Source: Bdellovibrionales bacterium (lineage in GTDB: Bacteria > Bdellovibrionota > Bdellovibrionia > Bdellovibrionales > UBA1609). Taken from it: a DNA stretch of 64,000 nucleotides. The position numbers and the translations under genes are program-made. Positions within the stretch are counted from its first letter, which is position 1; every line of letters begins with the position of its first letter. The stretch lies in NCBI GenBank assembly GCA_965203095.1, contig OZ241877.1, positions 32,001 to 96,000 of the forward strand, read 5' to 3'. Below the pieces are notes generated by a model. The model ran no database searches. It saw nothing but the letters and a program-made list of their open reading frames with translations, and was not told where the DNA came from. Positions 19,913-29,851 of the stretch are shown in pieces.

Positions 19913-19992
19913 TATAGTTTGAGGACTTTTAGCTCAACTGGGCCGGTGCCAGCCGAAAAACTTTGTGAGCAAAACAGGCCAAAAAAGATTTT

Positions 19993-20703
19993 TTATCGTT
20001 TCCGACCCTTTGGTTCGCTAAACCTATCCAAATCAATGGTTGTGCAAACTTGACGGGCCCTTTTGTCAACACATCGGGTAAAAGCTCTAAAAGTATCTTT
20101 TACGACAAACCTACTGGCCACTCTGCCAATCCTTTCCCATGCATCATACTTCCCTTCCGCCTTTTTGTTCTCCCTCCGTTCATCTATCTCTTCAATACCA
20201 TAATCTTCATAGTCTGCAATATCATCAGCCATAGAGTAAAACTCTTCAGTTAAAGAAAACTTTTCTTCTTCAATACTTTCTAAAGAGGTTTCAATCTCCG
20301 CCACCTTATCTTCATCTCCCTTATTTTTATAATACTTCAATGCCCTTTTGTATTTTTGCTCTGTCTCACAAAGTGGCCTTAAATTGCTATCAATGCTCTC
20401 AATAAGGCAGTTAAGAGCCATGTTTCGAGGATCATAATCTCCAAGTCCAACTCTTACTCTGCAAGTGTGTTTCTTATAACTCGCACATTCAACAAGACTT
20501 CCTCCTAAAGCAGCCAGAAAGTCTTTTTTATCTTCTGAAATATCAATCTCTGTGAGGTCTGGTAAATCTTCAAACTCATCTATTCCTGTTCCAGTATCTT
20601 TGGGTGGTTCTCTTTCCCGATCCTTAGCGGGTCTTAACCCCCCACATGAAGTGAGACAAAAAAAGAAAAGAAGAAACAAAGCTTTATTTTTCATTAGTTC
20701 CAC
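19993..20703 (-). CDS. Hypothetical lipoprotein
   Basis: LFLLFFFCLTSC lipobox, acidic helical body, several Cys. Confidence 0.7.
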   Translation of the reverse strand: MELMKNKALFLLFFFCLTSCGGLRPAKDREREPPKDTGTGIDEFEDLPDLTEIDISEDKKDFLAALGGSLVECASYKKHTCRVRVGLGDYDPRNMALNCLIESIDSNLRPLCETEQKYKRALKYYKNKGDEDKVAEIETSLESIEEEKFSLTEEFYSMADDIADYEDYGIEEIDERRENKKAEGKYDAWERIGRVASRFVVKDTFRAFTRCVDKRARQVCTTIDLDRFSEPKGRKR

Positions 20704-20861
20704 TCCTTAAAGGCCACTGGGGCTTATTTTTTCAAAAATTGTGAGCCTATCAGCCCTCTCACAAAAACTCTATCGGTTTATTGTCCTATAAAATAAATAG
20801 AATTTTGAATCAGTTGATTAAAACAGGCATAAAGGCTGGCTTTAGGCAAAAAAACTAAAGC

Positions 20862-21290
20862 TTAATTCCCTTTTTTATTGATGATTTTAATGAGATGGAG
20901 TTGGTTCATCCCCTCTTTTCTCTCATAAGAAAGGCTATCCACACATTTTTTAGCAATTCTTATGCCCAGGCCCCCCAGTGGGCGATCTGCTATGCCAGCA
21001 TTTAAATTTTTTGGCTGGTATCCCAAAGGGTTAAAGGCGGGGCCAGCAGATGTTAAAAGGCAGTGGATTTTATCTCCCTTTATATTACAATCCACTTGAA
21101 TGCTTTTTGTCCCCCTTCTAAGGTTTTTCCCGGGACGACTGTATTTTATAATGTTGGTCACCAACTCTCCTAAAGCCAAATCCATTTCAGAGATGATTTT
21201 TTTGGGAATCTGTCTCTCCCGGCCCATTTCTTCTAAAAAAAAACTCAACTGCTCTAAAGCCCCTATTTGAAGTGGCAGTTGGATTTGCAT
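20862..21290 (-). CDS. RsbW-like anti-sigma factor / Ser kinase (HATPase_c)
   Basis: LALGELVTNIIKYS N-box, GPAFNP, RPLGGLGI G-box, LSYERKEGMNQL; start at MQIQL inferred. Confidence 0.85.
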   Translation of the reverse strand: MQIQLPLQIGALEQLSFFLEEMGRERQIPKKIISEMDLALGELVTNIIKYSRPGKNLRRGTKSIQVDCNIKGDKIHCLLTSAGPAFNPLGYQPKNLNAGIADRPLGGLGIRIAKKCVDSLSYERKEGMNQLHLIKIINKKGN

Positions 21291-21456
21291 AACCCCCCCC
21301 TTCCCAACGGAAAAAATAGATCGTCCCCTCTGAAAAACTTGCCTAAAAGCCCGCATGTGTCAAGCCTTAAAAAAATCTTTAACAGGTTTTGCGAAATGGC
21401 TCAAAAATGATTCTGTCAAAAAAATCATGAACAGGACAGGAATAACTGTTTATGTG

Positions 21457-21540
21457 CTTTTGCCCAAAGCCACAGCATGAGGGTCCAAGGTATTGCCGTC
21501 CCGAAATGCTGTGGCCTTTGAGCAAAGAAACTAAAGAACA
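21457..21540 (+). repeat. Family-A hairpin unit between divergent rsbW-like and STAS genes
   Basis: TTTGCCCAAAGCCACAGC-[31-nt core 21477..21507]-GCTGTGGCCTTTGAGCAAA. Confidence 0.85.
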
Positions 21541-21587
21541 ATTTTTTGCACTTGACAAAAACAATTTTTTTGAATGAAGTATAAATT

Positions 21588-21968
21588 ATGACTGAGGATT
21601 TAAAGCATTTCATGTCCCATAGCCAGGATCCCGAGGGCTATTTAATTGTTCAAATCAAAGATCGCTTTGATGAGAAAAACTATTCTCCCATTCAAGAAGA
21701 GATCGAGAATTTAATAAAAAATTCAAGCTCTCATCTCATTTTAGACCTCAACAATGTAAAAAGCATCCGGAGTGCGGGCTTGCGGGTGATTTTATCCCTG
21801 GCCAAGCTTTTCCAAAACACAAACAAAAATTTTGTCCTACTGTATTCTGAAAATGAGGAAAACAACCAAGTGGCACAAATACTGGAAGTCAGTGGCTTTA
21901 CAAAAATCATCCCTATCTTTTCCTCAAAAGAATCTGCTGTAAAGTATTGTAAAAAACCTACAGGATAA
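21588..21968 (+). CDS. STAS-domain anti-anti-sigma factor
   Basis: LILDLNNVKSIRSAGLRVIL (phospho-Ser position kept), QILEVSGF. Confidence 0.88.
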   Translation: MTEDLKHFMSHSQDPEGYLIVQIKDRFDEKNYSPIQEEIENLIKNSSSHLILDLNNVKSIRSAGLRVILSLAKLFQNTNKNFVLLYSENEENNQVAQILEVSGFTKIIPIFSSKESAVKYCKKPTG

Positions 21969-21978
21969 GGAGCGAGCT

Positions 21979-23031
21979 TTGGGCTTTTGTGAGTATATTT
22001 GGATAGACGGGGCCCAACCCACTCAAAAACTTCGCTCAAAGGCTCGATTCTTACATTTTAACAAAAATATGGAAAAAATTTCTTTAGAGGATTTCCCTCT
22101 ATGGGGTTTTGACGGTTCCTCCACATATCAGGCCAAGGGCCATAACTCCGATCTGATTTTAAAGCCAGTGAATTTTGTCCGGGACCCTTTGCGAGCGGGG
22201 GAAGGGCAGTTTTTAATCATCTGTGAGGTTTTAACCCCCTCTAACAAGCCCCATCCCACCAATACCAGAGCACGGTTGAGGCAGGTCCTCTCCCGCGGGG
22301 CAGATCGGGAAAAGCCCCTTTTTGGAGTGGAGCAGGAATACACCCTATTTAAAAACCGAACCCCTTTGGGCTGGCCGGACAAAGGCTACCCCGCCCCCCA
22401 AGGCCCTTTTTACTGCGGGGTAGGGGCGGATGAAGTTTTTGGAAGGGAGCTTGTGGAAAGGCATAGCCAGGCCTGTGTTCAAGCCAATATTATGATTTTT
22501 GGGATCAATGCGGAGGTCATGCCGGGCCAATGGGAATTCCAGATCGGTTATAGAGGGATTGAGGGGGAAAGTGCGGACCCTTTAAATGTAGGGGATCATA
22601 CATGGATAGCTCGCTGGCTTCTCTACCGGCTGGGGGAGGATTTGGGCATTACCGCCACCTTGGACCCTAAACCTGTCCGGGGGGACTGGAACGGTGCGGG
22701 CCAACACACTAACTTTTCTACAAAATCCCTTCGAAATCCTAAAACAGGGGCGGAAAGCATCAAAAAATATTTAGAAAGGCTTTCCAAAAAACACAAAGAG
22801 CATATTGCCGTCTATGGCCACAGGCTTTCAGAGCGACTGACAGGGCGACATGAGACCTGCCATATTGATGAGTTTCGCCATGGCGTGGCCGACCGAGGGG
22901 CCTCTATCCGAATCCCACTTCATGTCTCCAACAAAGGTTATGGCTATTTAGAAGACAGAAGGCCAGGGGCCAACGCCGATCCTTATGAAGTGGCGGAGAG
23001 GATCTTAAAAACCATCTGCGAAATTGAGTAA
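21979..23031 (+). CDS. glnII: Glutamine synthetase type II (eukaryote-like GSII)
   Basis: EYIWIDG, LRSK, WGFDGSST, GVEQEY, PQGPFYCGVG, NAEVMPGQWEFQIG, DWNGAG.HTNFS, RLTGRHET, RGASIRIP, YLEDRRP; 350 aa. Confidence 0.95.
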   Translation: MGFCEYIWIDGAQPTQKLRSKARFLHFNKNMEKISLEDFPLWGFDGSSTYQAKGHNSDLILKPVNFVRDPLRAGEGQFLIICEVLTPSNKPHPTNTRARLRQVLSRGADREKPLFGVEQEYTLFKNRTPLGWPDKGYPAPQGPFYCGVGADEVFGRELVERHSQACVQANIMIFGINAEVMPGQWEFQIGYRGIEGESADPLNVGDHTWIARWLLYRLGEDLGITATLDPKPVRGDWNGAGQHTNFSTKSLRNPKTGAESIKKYLERLSKKHKEHIAVYGHRLSERLTGRHETCHIDEFRHGVADRGASIRIPLHVSNKGYGYLEDRRPGANADPYEVAERILKTICEIE

Positions 23032-23034
23032 AAC

Positions 23035-24471
23035 ATGAAAAACCCGGCCCAACTCTTCCAATCCTATAAAATAAAACCTCAGTTTTACGATGAGTTTTTT
23101 TCTTCTGAAAATAAAGCCCGCCCCTTAGCTCAAAACTTTATTCAAGAGTTTAATAACTTGCCTTTGCAGGACATTGAAAGGGCCCATTCATCCATCTCTC
23201 AGTTTTTTCAAACAGAGCTTTCCGCCTTTAATGTCCCAAAGGAAAGGGCCCTCTCTATGGACATCATCCCCTCCCTCCTCAATCAAAAAGATTGGGATCA
23301 TATAAAAAAAGGACTGAGTCAAAGGCTAAAGGCTCTAAACCTCTTTCTCAAAGACATTTATACTAAAGAACAAATTTTAAAAGAGGGCCTTGTGCCCAAA
23401 GATTTGGTTTATGAATCTCCACATTTTTTAAAAGAGATGAAGGGGGTCAAAATCCCCTTTGATATTTATATTCAAATATTGGGATCAAATATTGTTCGAA
23501 CTTCTGAAGGTTTTTTTGTGGGAGTGAGCCAGCCCAGCCCCCAAGGGAGTTTTTATTTAATACTGAGCCGGCGGGTGATGAAGCAAAAGTTCCCTCGCCT
23601 TTTCAGGAAGTGCAATGTTAAAAAAACCGATGGCTTAATTCCCTTTTTAAAATCCTTAAAATCACTTTCTGAAGAAGAAAAACCTTTTTCCGCCATTTTA
23701 AGCCCTGGCCCTTCCCACCCCCATTATTTTGAAATGAGTTGCCTCAGTAGACAAATGGGAATAGAGATGATCCAAAGTGCCGATCTAACCATCCACGAGG
23801 GAGGGCTTTATGTTAAAACCATTAAAAAGCTTAAAAAAATACATGTTGTATTTTGTCCCTTTGATATTTTTTACCCCCCTTTGGCCTTTCCGGATCATTT
23901 TGCCAAAGATATTCTTCAGCTTTTTTCCACTAACTATCCTGCAAGTATCACCCCAGTTCCTGGGGCCGGTGTGGCCTGTGACCGATCTATTTATAGCTAT
24001 ATCCCTAAAATCATACAGTATTATTTAAAAGAAGAAAGCCTTTTACCCAATATTCCCACTCAGCTTTGTCGCGAAAAAAAACATTTAGAACAAATTTTAC
24101 AAGATCTGCCAAAGTTAATTGTCAAACGCCTTACTGAATCAGAGAACTTTTTTATTGGGCCGAAATCCTCTAAAAAAGAGAGAGAGATTTTTAAGGAACA
24201 ACTTAAAGCCCATCCAAAAGATTTTATAGCCCAAACCCTTTTGCCTATTTCCACATCCCCTTGTTTTATTGATGGGGAAATAAAACCCCGGCATATATCT
24301 TTAAGAATGTTCACTTGGCTCAACCGTTTTTTTGAGGTGGGCACTGTTCCGGGGGGCTTTTGCCAAGCCTTTTCTGAGGAAGAAGATCTATTCTACCCCA
24401 CTCATTCTGCAGTGGCTTTAAAAGATCTGTGGCTTTTAAAAGAGGAGGATTATGCTTTCCCGCGTAGCTAA
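23035..24471 (+). CDS. Circularly permuted type 2 ATP-grasp protein, catalytic motifs degenerate
   Basis: Scaffold motifs YDE, GLSQRLKALNLFLKDIY, ILSPG...YFE, YYLKEE.LLPNIPT, FIAQ...STSP, PRH..LR, VPGG, KDLWLL. Confidence 0.85.
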   Translation: MKNPAQLFQSYKIKPQFYDEFFSSENKARPLAQNFIQEFNNLPLQDIERAHSSISQFFQTELSAFNVPKERALSMDIIPSLLNQKDWDHIKKGLSQRLKALNLFLKDIYTKEQILKEGLVPKDLVYESPHFLKEMKGVKIPFDIYIQILGSNIVRTSEGFFVGVSQPSPQGSFYLILSRRVMKQKFPRLFRKCNVKKTDGLIPFLKSLKSLSEEEKPFSAILSPGPSHPHYFEMSCLSRQMGIEMIQSADLTIHEGGLYVKTIKKLKKIHVVFCPFDIFYPPLAFPDHFAKDILQLFSTNYPASITPVPGAGVACDRSIYSYIPKIIQYYLKEESLLPNIPTQLCREKKHLEQILQDLPKLIVKRLTESENFFIGPKSSKKEREIFKEQLKAHPKDFIAQTLLPISTSPCFIDGEIKPRHISLRMFTWLNRFFEVGTVPGGFCQAFSEEEDLFYPTHSAVALKDLWLLKEEDYAFPRS

Positions 24472-25456
24472 TAATTTTTACTGGATGGGGCGATATATAG
24501 AAAGGGCCTCTACCATAGCTCGGCTTTTGTTGGTTCAAATCAGTGAAATGCCGGAAGACTCTTCTGATTTTGTCTCCGCCAGCTGGAAAGGGATTTTTGA
24601 TAGCTTTAAATTATCGGATTTAAAGAAAAGTTTTTTGCCGGAACCAAAAGGTGAAAAATCAGTTTCAGATGATTTTTTGTTGGCAGACGCTTACACCCTG
24701 ACAGACTATTTTACTTTTGAAACTCATCACCCAGTATCCATCTATAGTTGCTTTAAATGGGCCAGGGAAAATGCCATTCAAAATCAAGATATAGCCAGAT
24801 CTATTGGCCTCTCCATTCATAAAACCTATTTGAAATTGGAAAAAACAAGCTTAAAAGAGCTTTGGCCGGACAAAATGGCGGATTTTTATAAAAACATTTT
24901 AGAGTTTAGCTGGCTCTTCCATGGCCTCATAAAAGATCGGCTCTACCAAGGCTTAGCCTTCCACTTCATCCACTTGGGCATTTACTTAGAGAGATTGCAA
25001 AATCAAGCCTCTATTTTTGAAAATCATATTCGCCTAATGATACAGCATAAAGAAGAAGAAGAGGATGTCATCAGCCTTCTCTTAAGGCTCTCTGCTTTAG
25101 AAAGCTATCGCCAGATTCACTCTTTAGATCTCACACTCCCTAAAGTGGCTGATTTTTTAATTTATGCCCAATTCCCGCACTCCTTAAAGTTTGCTGAAGA
25201 GCAAATAAGAAAATCCCTTTCCTCCATTGAGGGAATAGAAGATCCCAATGCCCTACCCTTTCCCTCCTTAAACAAAATAGAGAGCCAGCTGAGAGCCTCT
25301 TATGTGGGACAAGCCTTGCCTAAATTTTTAAATTCTTTTTATAAAAATGCAATAGCTGTAGGAGAGTCCATTAGCAAAATTTATTTTCATCAAGAAAAGA
25401 TAGGGGAAGGGCCACAAGAACAGTTCCCTCATCTTTTTTCGAAAAAAAAGAAATAA
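24452..25456 (+). CDS. Alpha-E domain protein
   Basis: MLSRVANNFYWMGRYIERA, ARENA, second ER motif LGIYLERL; overlaps the ATP-grasp stop. Confidence 0.9.
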   Translation: MLSRVANNFYWMGRYIERASTIARLLLVQISEMPEDSSDFVSASWKGIFDSFKLSDLKKSFLPEPKGEKSVSDDFLLADAYTLTDYFTFETHHPVSIYSCFKWARENAIQNQDIARSIGLSIHKTYLKLEKTSLKELWPDKMADFYKNILEFSWLFHGLIKDRLYQGLAFHFIHLGIYLERLQNQASIFENHIRLMIQHKEEEEDVISLLLRLSALESYRQIHSLDLTLPKVADFLIYAQFPHSLKFAEEQIRKSLSSIEGIEDPNALPFPSLNKIESQLRASYVGQALPKFLNSFYKNAIAVGESISKIYFHQEKIGEGPQEQFPHLFSKKKK

Positions 25457-25474
25457 TGCCCCATTAAAAAAGCT

Positions 25475-27181
25475 TTATCGAATTTTAGGGAACAAAGGGA
25501 TAGAAGGGCATTTTATAGCCCAATCAAAGGGGAAACTGCCCCAAGCGGTATGTTTAAGGCTCAGCTTTTGCCCATCATAGTTTAGCTTAGTGGTAGGGTT
25601 TAGAGCGGGATTTATCTCCGGCAAGGAGGGGACCATTCCCAACTGAGATAAAAGCTCTGTCATTTTCCCCGGCATAATCGGGAAAAGAAATAGAGCACAA
25701 ATCCTTAAAGCCTCTATAACAGTCCAAAGAACTTGTCCGGCTCGCTTTTTCCCGCTTTGTGATTTTAATAACTTCCAAGGGGCCTCTCGCTCTAAATACC
25801 TGTTAAGCTCTGTCAAAAGGCCAAACAGATCCTCTAAGGCTTGAGAAAGCTCAAATTTCTCTATCCGCTCTTTCCAGCCTGCTTTTGTTTTTAAATTCCC
25901 AAAAAAAAGCTCTTCCGTCATCTGTTTGATCTTTTGATCTGCTATCTCATCCCTTGGGACTTTCCCCTCAAAATGCTTTTCTATCAAACGGGAGACTCGG
26001 CTAAAAATATTGCCTAAATTGTCCGACAGATCCTCATTGCATTTTTGGATCATTAATTCTTTAGAAATAGCTGAATCTTTTCCTAAAAAAATGTTCTTAG
26101 CTAAAAAATACCTCAAGCCATCCACCCCTAAAATATCCGATAACTCCAAAGGATCCAGTTTATCCCCTTGAGATTTGCTCATCTTTTTATCCGATCGGTT
26201 CAAAAGCCAGCCATGGGCAAAAATACTTTTGGGCAATTTTAAATCCAAAGCCATCAAAAGGCAGGGCCAATACACCGCATGAGTCATTAAAATATCTTTG
26301 CCAATAAGATGAATGGCTCCAGCTCTATTCCAAAAATTTTCAAAATAAGTTTTATCTTCCTCCTTACCAATATAATCCTCCTTTACAAGGTAGGCCCCAT
26401 AACCCAAACCGGTAATATAATTGAGAAGGGCATCCACCCAAACATAAACTACAGAGCTTTTATCAAAACTCAGCTCTATCCCCCACTGGACTCTTGACTT
26501 GGGGCGACTCACACAAAGATCTTTCAGAGGCTTTTTTAAAAAGGCTTTAATTTCATTTTGCCTCTCTATTGGCCGGATAAATTGGGGATGAGTTTCTAAA
26601 TGACGAATCAAAAGATCTTGATATTTTGACATTTTAAAAAACCAAGCCTTTTCCTGTAGGGGGATAACCTCTTTTCCCGATGGGGATTTTCCATCTATTA
26701 AATCTTTTTCGGTATAAAAAATCTCTTCGCTCACACAATACCAGCCCTTGTATTGGCTTAAATAAATGTCTCCCTTATCTTTTATTTTTTGAAGAAGGCT
26801 TTGAACCGTTTGACTGTGATTAGGAGGAGTGCCCCCCTCTTTTAGTTGTTGATATTTATGACTTGTGTAAAAAAAAGATTGATCCTCCTCACCAATGGCA
26901 TTGTATTCAATGTTCAGTTTTTGCCAAACGGTTTTAAAATGCTCTCTCATCTCTGCACAGTGGAGTTCCGGCTCTACGCCTCTGGCCTTTGCGGCCTGCT
27001 CGCATTTTTGCCCATGCTCGTCCGTTCCCGTTAAAAAAAAAGTCTCATAATCTAAAAGTTTGTGATAGCGGTTCAAAATATCAGCAATAATTGTGCTGTA
27101 AGCTGTCCCTAAGTGAGGCCGATCGTTTACATAATAAAGAGGGGTGCTGATATAAAAAAAATGGGAACAGCTCATCCGCAT
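25475..27181 (-). CDS. metG: Methionine--tRNA ligase
   Basis: YYVNDRPHLG (HIGH), TGTDEHGQK, YVWVDAL, IGKDI, KMSKS. Confidence 0.96.
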   Translation of the reverse strand: MRMSCSHFFYISTPLYYVNDRPHLGTAYSTIIADILNRYHKLLDYETFFLTGTDEHGQKCEQAAKARGVEPELHCAEMREHFKTVWQKLNIEYNAIGEEDQSFFYTSHKYQQLKEGGTPPNHSQTVQSLLQKIKDKGDIYLSQYKGWYCVSEEIFYTEKDLIDGKSPSGKEVIPLQEKAWFFKMSKYQDLLIRHLETHPQFIRPIERQNEIKAFLKKPLKDLCVSRPKSRVQWGIELSFDKSSVVYVWVDALLNYITGLGYGAYLVKEDYIGKEEDKTYFENFWNRAGAIHLIGKDILMTHAVYWPCLLMALDLKLPKSIFAHGWLLNRSDKKMSKSQGDKLDPLELSDILGVDGLRYFLAKNIFLGKDSAISKELMIQKCNEDLSDNLGNIFSRVSRLIEKHFEGKVPRDEIADQKIKQMTEELFFGNLKTKAGWKERIEKFELSQALEDLFGLLTELNRYLEREAPWKLLKSQSGKKRAGQVLWTVIEALRICALFLFPIMPGKMTELLSQLGMVPSLPEINPALNPTTKLNYDGQKLSLKHTAWGSFPFDWAIKCPSIPLFPKIR

Positions 27182-27186
27182 AGTCC

Positions 27187-29688
27187 TCAGTTTTTTTGCT
27201 TGAGGGAGATAGAAAACTCTGCTTTTACTTGTTGAATGGCTTTTTCTAAAAGAGTTTGTATCTTTTCCTCTGTCCAGGATTGGCCTTGAGGCTCTAATCG
27301 CACTCTAAACGAAAGGGATCTCTCTTTTTTCTGCTCATAAATGTCAAAAAGCTGAACTTCCACCGGTAAAGCTTTCAGGCTTTTTTTTATCCCCTTTCTC
27401 AGATCTTCTGCAGGAAGAGAGGGGGGGACTACAAAAGAGAGATCTCTTTCTACAGAGGGGAGATCAGAAAAAGGCTTAAAGCGGGAGGCTTTTTTATTTT
27501 GGAATAAAAAAGTCTCACAAAAGATCTCAGCTAAAGCCACATCTACAGGGATTTTATATTTTTTCCGCAAGAGGGGGTGCAAACTAAACAAAAAACCGGA
27601 AGGCTGGTTTTTAAAAATAAGGCTCACACTCTGTTGGGGATGAAGGAAGGGAATATTCTTTTTTAAAGGTTGATAAATCACTTTAATTTGAAAAGCCTCA
27701 AAAATAAGATCTAAAAGAGATTTGAGTTGATATAAATTATTGGCCTTTTTTTGACTCCAAATATCCACTGGATCGCCCCAAAGGGCCAAGCCCAAGTGCA
27801 ACTGTTGCCGGTAGCTTTTCCCTTCCTGATAAAATACAGGAGACAGTTCAAAAATCCGGCCCTGTTTATTATTATGGCGAAAATTGTTAACTACATTTTT
27901 AAACAGGTCAGGCACCAACAAAGGCTTCATTAAGGACAACTGCTGGCTCAAAGGGTTATTTATTGAAAAAAAACTCCGGCGGAGTTCCGTCTTTTTAAAA
28001 TCAGTTAAACCCATAATATCTTCTAAAACAGAGCTGTCTTTTAAAAACTCTTTATAATAGAGGGGATCACAAAAACTATAATTGATGGCCTCTAAGCATC
28101 CTTTTCCGATTAAAAAATTTCGCAGTTTCTGATGGTTCCGGTAAGGGGCCTCAGGCATAAATGTAGGAATGGGTGGGGGCATACTCTCTATTATTTTGTG
28201 ATAGCCTTGGAGACGAGCCAATTCCTCAATCAGATCCTCTTTAATTTTTAAATCTCTCCGGTAAGAGGGGGCTAAAACTTTAAAGCGGGTTTTGGCTGTG
28301 GGAAGATTTGCACTACCGCTTTTAATTTCTTTTTGAAGTTTTTGCCCACTTTGAGTTGAGCTATCCTTTTGGATTTGGCAAGCCAACCTCTTCAGGTCAT
28401 TTTGAAATTGAGACAAGGGCATGGCCTGCCCTAAGCGATCTTCCACATCTTCTAAACTGATTTCTATTTCTGCCAGTGGGGCCATTTCGTGTTGAATATC
28501 ATAAAAATCCTTAGACAACTCCCCCCCCGCCTCTTTTTGAATAAGGAAACAGGCCCAATCCAAAGCCTCCCGGACTGCTAAAGGATCTATACCTCTACTA
28601 AAACGATAAGACGAATCGGTCTCCAAAGCATATCTTCGGGCTGTTTTCCTTATGGGGGCCGGAGCAAAAAAAGCCGACTCTATAAAAACATCTTTTGTCT
28701 CTTTTTTAATGCCAGAATTTATCCCGCCAATAATTCCGGCCAAAGCCAAAATTTTATCTTTGTCTCTAATCACTATCTCCTCACCAGTCAAAACCCGTTC
28801 GCATTCATCTAAGGCTAAAAATTTTTCGTCTTTTTTAGACCAGTCCACAGTTAAACTTTGAATGGTGTTAAAATCAAAAGTGTGCAAAGGTTGGCCTTGG
28901 TCCCATAAAACAAAATTAGCGACATCCACCACATTGTTAATGGGCTTTAAGCCCAAAGATTTTAACTTTTGTTTGAGCCTATCTGAAGACTCCCCCACCG
29001 CTACCCCTTTGATTAAACGGCCAGAGTAGCGAGGGCAGGCTAAGGGGGCTTTAACCTGAACAGGTATCCTCTTTTTGACAGAAAGAGATTTGTCCTCAAT
29101 AAGAGAAAACTTAGGGACAGAAAAAGATAAGGAGAACAAACAGGCAATCTCCCTGGCCAAACCTCTATGGCTCAAACAGTCGGATCGGTTGGGCGGGATA
29201 GTGATCTCAAAAATCACATCCTTTAAAGCCATCCTATCAGAAAAGCTTTGGCCTAAAAGGGCTTTTTCAGGCAAAACCCATATCCCATCCTCTTCATCTG
29301 GGAAAGCCAACTCCGATCGGCTAAGGAGCATGCCTTCGCTTTCTATCCCTCGGATACGGGATTTTTTAATTTTTAAGCCTCCTGCAAGCACCGCTCCCGG
29401 CAAGGCTAAAATCACCTTATCCCCCACTTTGTAATTTTTGGCCCCACAAACAACAGTATAATTTTTAAGCCCGTCAAACACTTTACAAAGGCTCAGACGA
29501 TCAGCCTGAGGATGTTGTTCCGATGACTGAATTTCCGTTATAAAAATATTTTTAAATAGCTCTCTTTGATCTTCAAAAGAGTCCACCTCTAAGCCCGATA
29601 GAGTTAAGGCCGTTCCTAATTTTTCTGGCTTATCAAAAAAAGCCTTAGTCTCTATAAAATCACTTATCCAATTGAGAGAAAATTTCAT
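27187..29688 (-). CDS. pheT: Phenylalanine--tRNA ligase beta subunit
   Basis: MKFSLNWI, HPQADRL, VVCGA, PNRSDCLS, GQPLHTFD, DLIEELARL.GY, ERDLSF. Confidence 0.96.
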   Translation of the reverse strand: MKFSLNWISDFIETKAFFDKPEKLGTALTLSGLEVDSFEDQRELFKNIFITEIQSSEQHPQADRLSLCKVFDGLKNYTVVCGAKNYKVGDKVILALPGAVLAGGLKIKKSRIRGIESEGMLLSRSELAFPDEEDGIWVLPEKALLGQSFSDRMALKDVIFEITIPPNRSDCLSHRGLAREIACLFSLSFSVPKFSLIEDKSLSVKKRIPVQVKAPLACPRYSGRLIKGVAVGESSDRLKQKLKSLGLKPINNVVDVANFVLWDQGQPLHTFDFNTIQSLTVDWSKKDEKFLALDECERVLTGEEIVIRDKDKILALAGIIGGINSGIKKETKDVFIESAFFAPAPIRKTARRYALETDSSYRFSRGIDPLAVREALDWACFLIQKEAGGELSKDFYDIQHEMAPLAEIEISLEDVEDRLGQAMPLSQFQNDLKRLACQIQKDSSTQSGQKLQKEIKSGSANLPTAKTRFKVLAPSYRRDLKIKEDLIEELARLQGYHKIIESMPPPIPTFMPEAPYRNHQKLRNFLIGKGCLEAINYSFCDPLYYKEFLKDSSVLEDIMGLTDFKKTELRRSFFSINNPLSQQLSLMKPLLVPDLFKNVVNNFRHNNKQGRIFELSPVFYQEGKSYRQQLHLGLALWGDPVDIWSQKKANNLYQLKSLLDLIFEAFQIKVIYQPLKKNIPFLHPQQSVSLIFKNQPSGFLFSLHPLLRKKYKIPVDVALAEIFCETFLFQNKKASRFKPFSDLPSVERDLSFVVPPSLPAEDLRKGIKKSLKALPVEVQLFDIYEQKKERSLSFRVRLEPQGQSWTEEKIQTLLEKAIQQVKAEFSISLKQKN

Positions 29689-29694
29689 AAAAAC

Positions 29695-29774
29695 AGTATA
29701 ACCGGAACAAAGAGCCTTCTTCAAGCTCTTTTATTTTTGTGGGACTCTATACTTTTTCCATAAATTTTCCTTAT
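29695..29774 (-). promoter_or_regulatory. Putative sigma70 promoter of pheT, -35 contributed by the repeat shared with the icd upstream region
   Basis: Minus strand TTGAAG-N18-TATACT-N6-ATG with no Shine-Dalgarno; 29721..29774 matches 17494..17545. Confidence 0.5.
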
Positions 29775-29775
29775 T

Positions 29776-29849
29776 TATACTGATTTTGTTTGAAAATTCC
29801 TGCTTTCTCTACTCTGTTTTGACCGGAAATCTCAAATGTAATCAGTATA
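29776..29849 (+). mobile_element. Family-B 74-bp inverted-repeat element (copy 1)
   Basis: TATACTGAT...ATCAGTATA ends; body TTTGTTTGAAAATTCCTGC...GGAAATCTCAAATGTA recurs at 41024, 50084 and 58139. Confidence 0.8.
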
Positions 29850-29851
29850 AT

